Part shown: positions 60,037-64,000 of the stretch, one piece after another
Numbering within the stretch: position 1 is the stretch's first letter
Layout: each line of letters starts with the position of its first letter
From: Bacteroidia bacterium
GTDB taxonomy: Bacteria > Bacteroidota > Bacteroidia > Bacteroidales > VadinHA17
Length of the DNA: 64,000 bases
NCBI GenBank assembly: GCA_026391475.1
Contig: JAPLED010000065.1
Span: 38,702 to 102,701 of the forward strand
Direction of reading: 5' to 3'
Notes under the pieces: model-generated
The model's input: only the letters and a program-made list of their open reading frames with translations
What the model was told of the DNA's origin: nothing
Database searches by the model: none
Position numbers and translations under genes: made by a program

Positions 60037-60216
60037 GGGGTTGTCTAAAAAATAGCATTAACCACCCCGTCATGACCCTTCGGGCATGACACCCCTCCTT
60101 TAAAAAGGAGGGGAAAATTAAGATAATCAATGCTTTAACTTTCTCCTCCTCTTCAGAGGAGGAGTACCCCTGATGGTACCATCAGGGGGGAGGTGGTGGG
60201 CTTTTGAGACAACCTC
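60037..60216. other. Structured GC-rich element: four consecutive 9-10 bp hairpins enclosed by an outer inverted repeat
   Basis: - Hairpins: GTCATGaCCC-ttc-GGGCATGAC (60069-60090); CCCCTCCTT-taaa-AAGGAGGGG (60092-60113); CTCCTCCTC-ttca-GAGGAGGAG (60143-60164); CCCCTGATGGTACCATCAGGGG (60167-60188).
- Outer pairs: GGTTGTCT (60039-60046) with AGACAACC (60207-60214), and ACCACC (60061-60066) with GGTGGT (60192-60197). Confidence 0.75.
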
Positions 60217-60310
60217 AAGAAATTGATAATCAATAAATTACGCTTAATATCTGGATTCAAACATTGATTTATTCTTAGTCCCCCATTTGGGGGGTTGGGG
60301 GGTAAATTGT

Positions 60311-60619
60311 TTAATACATTCTATTGATAAGTTGCCCTATCTCATCACGTTTTTTAAGAGGAAAACTATGACACTTTCCGTCCCTTAGGACAACATTTAA
60401 TCCCTTTACAGAGAATAGTCCTTTGCTGAAATAGATGACCTCCAGTATATTTTCGAATAGAATTTCCAGATTAAATTTTTCTGTCGCTTCATTCAAAGTC
60501 TTAAAATATATTCTCTGGTTTGTGACTATCAGTTTACCTTCTATGGTATTATTGTCAATAACCTGGTTTGTGTCACCGGCCTTAAGAACGACTTCGTTAG
60601 CATTTAATTTTACTGTCAT
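60311..60619 (-). CDS. Small PH/GRAM-like domain protein (hypothetical)
   Basis: 102 aa from the ATG at 60619 (MTVKLNANE). IEGKLIVTNQRIYFKT fits the GRAM/bacterial-PH pattern G.L.lTn.rl.F. The upstream extension on the track looks non-coding. Confidence 0.5.
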   Translation of the reverse strand: MTVKLNANEVVLKAGDTNQVIDNNTIEGKLIVTNQRIYFKTLNEATEKFNLEILFENILEVIYFSKGLFSVKGLNVVLRDGKCHSFPLKKRDEIGQLINRMY

Positions 60620-60828
60620 GGCTCTGGTTATTTTTACGACCTTTAAAAACTTATAATTCTGTTTTCTGTTTGTATTATCTGTTATAAAGACGCACATCTC
60701 AAATAAATGTTGCAAAGAAGAGAGGATTTTACTTCTTTCCGGTTTTTATAAATATTTTTATTGAATAAAATGTCTATTTATTTGACACATTTTGCTTTAT
60801 ATTACGTCTTTTAATAAAATCTTCCAAA

Positions 60829-62193
60829 ATGATCAAAGGCACCCTTCTGATAGTTGATGAAAATAAGGGCATTCTGAATGCACTTGAACTAATAATGCAA
60901 AATGAATTTGAAAAGGTTATTACCCTTACCAATCCAAACAGGATAAATGAAATATTGAGAAAGAATGATGTTGATGTTGTAATGCTTGATATGAACTTTA
61001 AGTCGGGGGTTCATAATGGTAACGAGGGACTTTTCTGGATGAGAGAGGTTTTTAACTACGACAGCAATATCAGTGTCGTTATTGTTACAGCCTTCGGCGA
61101 TATTGAACTGGCAGTAAAGGCAATAAAGGAGGGGGCTGTAGATTATATTCTTAAACCATGGGACAATTCCAAACTTCTCGCAACTATTAATGTGGCCTGG
61201 AAACTCAGACTTTCAAGGCTTGAAGCATCAACCCTTAAGAAAGATAATCAACTATTGAAAAATGAGATTAACAAGAGTGGCGAAAAAATTGTTCTGGGCG
61301 CTTCTCCGACAATGATTAATGTAATGAATATTGTCAGGAAGGTTGCAGGTACGGATGCCAATGTATTGATAACAGGTGAGAATGGGACTGGCAAAGAGCT
61401 GGTTGCCAGGGAAATTCATAACCTCTCAAAAAGGGCAGGGGAGCTGATGGTTAGTGTCGACATGGGTTCAATTACCGAAACACTTTTTGAAAGCGAATTA
61501 TTTGGTCATGTGAAAGGAGCCTTCACTGATGCCAGGGAGGATCGTAAAGGCAAGTTTGAAATAGCCCATAGCGGAACACTTTTTCTTGATGAAATCGGAA
61601 ACCTTTCTCTGCAATCGCAGGCAAAACTACTTAGCGTTCTTCAAAACAGGTATGTTGTAAGGGTTGGTTCAAATAAGCAGATACCTATTGATATACGGCT
61701 GGTCTGTGCCACAAACTGCGATCTTATGCAGATGGTTAGTGAGGGAAAATTCCGTGAAGACCTCCTTTACCGGATAAACACAATTATGATAGAGGTTCCA
61801 CCATTGCGCGACAGGGTCGATGATATTCCTATCCTTGCAAATTATTTTCTCAGAGTGAATGGAGAGAGATATGGTAAGGGTGGACTGAAGATCAGCACCC
61901 ATGCTCTCGAAAAACTGGCCAATCATAACTGGCCGGGAAATGTCAGGGAGCTTCAGCATTCAATTGAAAAAGCGGTCATAATGAGTGATTCTCCCATTCT
62001 TAAACCTTCGGACTTCGTTTTCAGTTCAACACCCAGAAGTGTAATTCATAATGAAATCTCACTTGAGGAGATGGAGAAAAAAATGATCCATGAAAGTTTG
62101 AAAAGATACAGCAATAATATGAGTATTGTTGCAGGCAAACTTGGGATTACACGGCAGACTCTTTATAATAAGATGAAGAAATTCGGTTTGTAG
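60829..62193 (+). CDS. Sigma-54-dependent response regulator (NtrC family: REC + AAA+ + Fis-type HTH)
   Basis: 454 aa. It has a REC domain with VVMLDMNF (phospho-acceptor Asp region), Walker A GENGTGKE, ESELFGHVKGAFTDA (a GAFTGA-type loop reading GAFTDA here) and a C-terminal HTH (AGKLGITRQTLYNKMKKF). Confidence 0.9.
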   Translation: MIKGTLLIVDENKGILNALELIMQNEFEKVITLTNPNRINEILRKNDVDVVMLDMNFKSGVHNGNEGLFWMREVFNYDSNISVVIVTAFGDIELAVKAIKEGAVDYILKPWDNSKLLATINVAWKLRLSRLEASTLKKDNQLLKNEINKSGEKIVLGASPTMINVMNIVRKVAGTDANVLITGENGTGKELVAREIHNLSKRAGELMVSVDMGSITETLFESELFGHVKGAFTDAREDRKGKFEIAHSGTLFLDEIGNLSLQSQAKLLSVLQNRYVVRVGSNKQIPIDIRLVCATNCDLMQMVSEGKFREDLLYRINTIMIEVPPLRDRVDDIPILANYFLRVNGERYGKGGLKISTHALEKLANHNWPGNVRELQHSIEKAVIMSDSPILKPSDFVFSSTPRSVIHNEISLEEMEKKMIHESLKRYSNNMSIVAGKLGITRQTLYNKMKKFGL

Positions 62194-62859
62194 TTATCCG
62201 TTTACCACCTGACCATCGAACAGATTTACTATCCTATGGGCATATCCTGCATCCCTGTCGGAGTGAGTTACCATTATGATAGTTGTTCCCTCTTTGTTAA
62301 GTTCAATAAGAAGATTAATAACCTCAATACCATTCTTTGAGTCAAGGTTACCTGTCGGTTCGTCAGCAAGAATAAGTTTAGGATTTGCAACAACGGCACG
62401 CGCTATGGCTACTCTCTGCTGTTGTCCTCCTGATAGTTGCTGTGGAAAATGTTTTGCACGATGTCCGATCTTCATTCTTTCCAAAACATCTTCCACTCTT
62501 TTCTTTCTTTCACTGGTCTTCATTTTCAGATAAATAAGTGGCAGTTCAACATTTTCATAAACAGTGAGTTCGTCAATCAGGTTAAAACTCTGGAAAACGA
62601 AACCAATATTTCCCTTACGGAAAATAGTCCTGTCACGTTCCTTCAGATTTGCAACCTCGGTTCCATTGAAAATATAGCTTCCTGATGTAGGATTATCAAG
62701 TAAACCCAGGATGTTCAGGAGAGTTGATTTTCCGCATCCCGAAGGACCCATAACTGCCACATATTCTCCCTCTTTTACATTGAGAGTCACTTTATTGAGA
62801 GCAGTTGTCTCGACTTCTTCAGTTCTGAAGACTTTTGTTAAATCATTAGTTTTAATCAT
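62194..62859 (-). CDS. ABC transporter ATP-binding protein (MacB/LolD-type, standalone)
   Basis: 221 aa. It has Walker [10 protein letters not shown], signature [14 protein letters not shown] and Walker [13 protein letters not shown]. Confidence 0.9.
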   Translation of the reverse strand: MIKTNDLTKVFRTEEVETTALNKVTLNVKEGEYVAVMGPSGCGKSTLLNILGLLDNPTSGSYIFNGTEVANLKERDRTIFRKGNIGFVFQSFNLIDELTVYENVELPLIYLKMKTSERKKRVEDVLERMKIGHRAKHFPQQLSGGQQQRVAIARAVVANPKLILADEPTGNLDSKNGIEVINLLIELNKEGTTIIMVTHSDRDAGYAHRIVNLFDGQVVNG

Positions 62860-62877
62860 GACTTTAAGTATTAATAG

Positions 62878-64000
62878 TTATTTAGTTTTTTTAAGAATGA
62901 GTTTTTCATTTTTGCCGAAGGTTTCATAACCTGATACTATCACCTTTTCACCAGGCTGAAGACCTTCAAGCACTTCATAATATCTTGGATTTTTTCTTCC
63001 TATTGAAATAGTGCGTTTAAATGCGAATGATTCGGTTGGATCAAGAACAAATATCCACTGTCCACCGGTTTCCTGGAAGAATCCGCCTATTGGTACAAGA
63101 ACCGAAACTTTTGGTTGCCCTAATTGAAGACTGGTATAATATGTCTGTCCGGTTCTGATATTATCCGGCATAGTGTCCCTGAAGATCATATCGATCTCAA
63201 ATGTACCGTTCCTTACTTCAGGATATACCCTTTTCACTACAAGATCATATTCTTTACCCTGTCTGTCGAGCGTAGCTGTAAGCTGTGTCCTCACCCTGTC
63301 GATGTAATGCTCATCGATCTGGGCTGTTACTTTATACGATGTCAATACGTTTATCTGTCCCATATTTGCTCCACGCGAAATTGACTGCCCTATTTCGGGG
63401 ACTAAAAGGCCCAGTTGGCCATCAACAGGAGCCCTGACATTCAGGTTTTCAGCTCTATCCCTCACAAGCTGGAGGTTTTTGCGCATGTTGTCGAGATTGG
63501 CTATCATAGTGTTAATATTAGCTGCGTAGAAAACAGAATCCTGTTTCTGACGTTCCAAAGCGAGCTCTCTTGATTGAAGAGCCATATCTACATCTTCTTT
63601 TGAGCGGATGAATTCTTCTCTTGAAATAAGGTTATCTTTCATGAGAATGACATTCTGCTGATAGTTACGCTCCTTCCTTTCAATGTCATATTTGAGAGTG
63701 ACAAGGTCTCTTTTTATCTGGAGTCTTTGCTGCTCCATGTTAATCTGGGTATTTCTCAGAAAATTCTCTTTTTCAGCAAGCTGTGCCTCACTGTCAAGAA
63801 TATTAAGATGAAGGTCGGGGTTTGTAAGTCTTAAGATAATATCTCCTTTTTTTACCATCGATCCTTCTTCAATAAGTTTCTCTTCAACCCGTCCGCCTTC
63901 CTGGGCATCCAGAAAGATAATGGTGATTGGTTCAACAGTTCCCGGAACCGTTATGTAATCATTGAATTGATCCTCAATAACGGTTTCAATAATAAGTTTC
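62878..64000 (-). CDS. HlyD-family periplasmic adaptor (membrane fusion protein); N-terminus lies outside the window
   Basis: The reading frame stays open to the window edge, upstream of the track's Met: ...VEPITIIFLDAQEGGRVEEKLIEEGSMVKKGDIILRL (lipoyl-like hairpin). This is followed by a long coiled-coil region and a beta-barrel. The gene lies 18 nt upstream of the ATPase gene. Confidence 0.82.
   Translation of the reverse strand, partial: KLIIETVIEDQFNDYITVPGTVEPITIIFLDAQEGGRVEEKLIEEGSMVKKGDIILRLTNPDLHLNILDSEAQLAEKENFLRNTQINMEQQRLQIKRDLVTLKYDIERKERNYQQNVILMKDNLISREEFIRSKEDVDMALQSRELALERQKQDSVFYAANINTMIANLDNMRKNLQLVRDRAENLNVRAPVDGQLGLLVPEIGQSISRGANMGQINVLTSYKVTAQIDEHYIDRVRTQLTATLDRQGKEYDLVVKRVYPEVRNGTFEIDMIFRDTMPDNIRTGQTYYTSLQLGQPKVSVLVPIGGFFQETGGQWIFVLDPTESFAFKRTISIGRKNPRYYEVLEGLQPGEKVIVSGYETFGKNEKLILKKTK

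Noticed and set aside
60106-60138. A Shine-Dalgarno-like AGGAGG followed by an ATG inside the four-hairpin element.
   Set aside because: The ATG opens only a two-codon ORF (atg ctt taa). The AGGAGG is simply one arm of a hairpin.
60783-60796. TGACACATTTTGCT upstream of the response regulator, resembling a sigma-54 -24/-12 promoter (TGGCAC-N5-TTGC).
   Set aside because: The GG is GA here, and the GG-to-GC spacing is two nt too short. I found no better -24/-12 candidates in the intergenic regions I read by eye.

Overview
The window looks like a Bacteroidota chromosome segment: it has SusC/SusD pairs, TAnnTTTG-type -7 boxes, lipoprotein and TAT signals, and AT-rich intergenic DNA. I found no rRNA, tRNA, CRISPR array, transposase or integrase.

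Layout:
- (1) 1-551: a nucleotidyltransferase (MNT, cut by the window edge) and a HEPN/DUF86 toxin-antitoxin pair whose genes overlap by 11 nt.
- (2) 594-12317, minus strand: a nine-gene branched-chain amino-acid operon, ilvD-ilvB-ilvN-ilvC-leuA-leuC-leuD-(leuA paralog, probably citramalate synthase)-leuB. It is preceded by a 19-codon Ile/Leu-rich leader ORF, an antiterminator/terminator pair and a -7 box that are not on the ORF track.
- (3) 12518-52588: a roughly 40 kb polysaccharide-utilisation region.
  - Glycan-acting enzymes: PL6, PL10, two GH29, GH27, GH3, a degenerate GH35-like remnant and three esterases.
  - Uptake genes: two tandem SusC/SusD pairs plus a DUF1735-like lipoprotein.
  - An unusual run of exported non-glycosidase enzymes: a TAT-signal enolase-superfamily dehydratase, a VOC protein, two xylose-isomerase-like TIM barrels, an amidohydrolase lipoprotein, a TAT-signal Gfo/Idh/MocA oxidoreductase and a bicupin.
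  - A LacI regulator and an ABC-F ATPase.
  - A tight three-gene operon: a GDP-mannose-3,5-epimerase-like SDR, a cytidylyltransferase-fold/GHMP-kinase-like fusion, and a GH29.
- (4) 52606-64000: a MacB-type efflux neighbourhood with three roughly 800-aa FtsX permease paralogs, one ATPase and a partial HlyD adaptor, plus a sigma-54 response regulator and a small PH/GRAM-like protein.

Leads I consider most worth following:
- The epimerase + nucleotidyltransferase/kinase-fusion + GH29 operon, a possible L-galactose/L-fucose activation module.
- The cluster of exported sugar-acid-type enzymes.
- The ilv-leu leader-peptide attenuator.
- The short tandem-repeat arrays in the ilvD-ilvB spacer.
- Several GC-rich multi-hairpin elements filling intergenic gaps.

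All functional calls come from reading motifs in the supplied translations. No database search was run.
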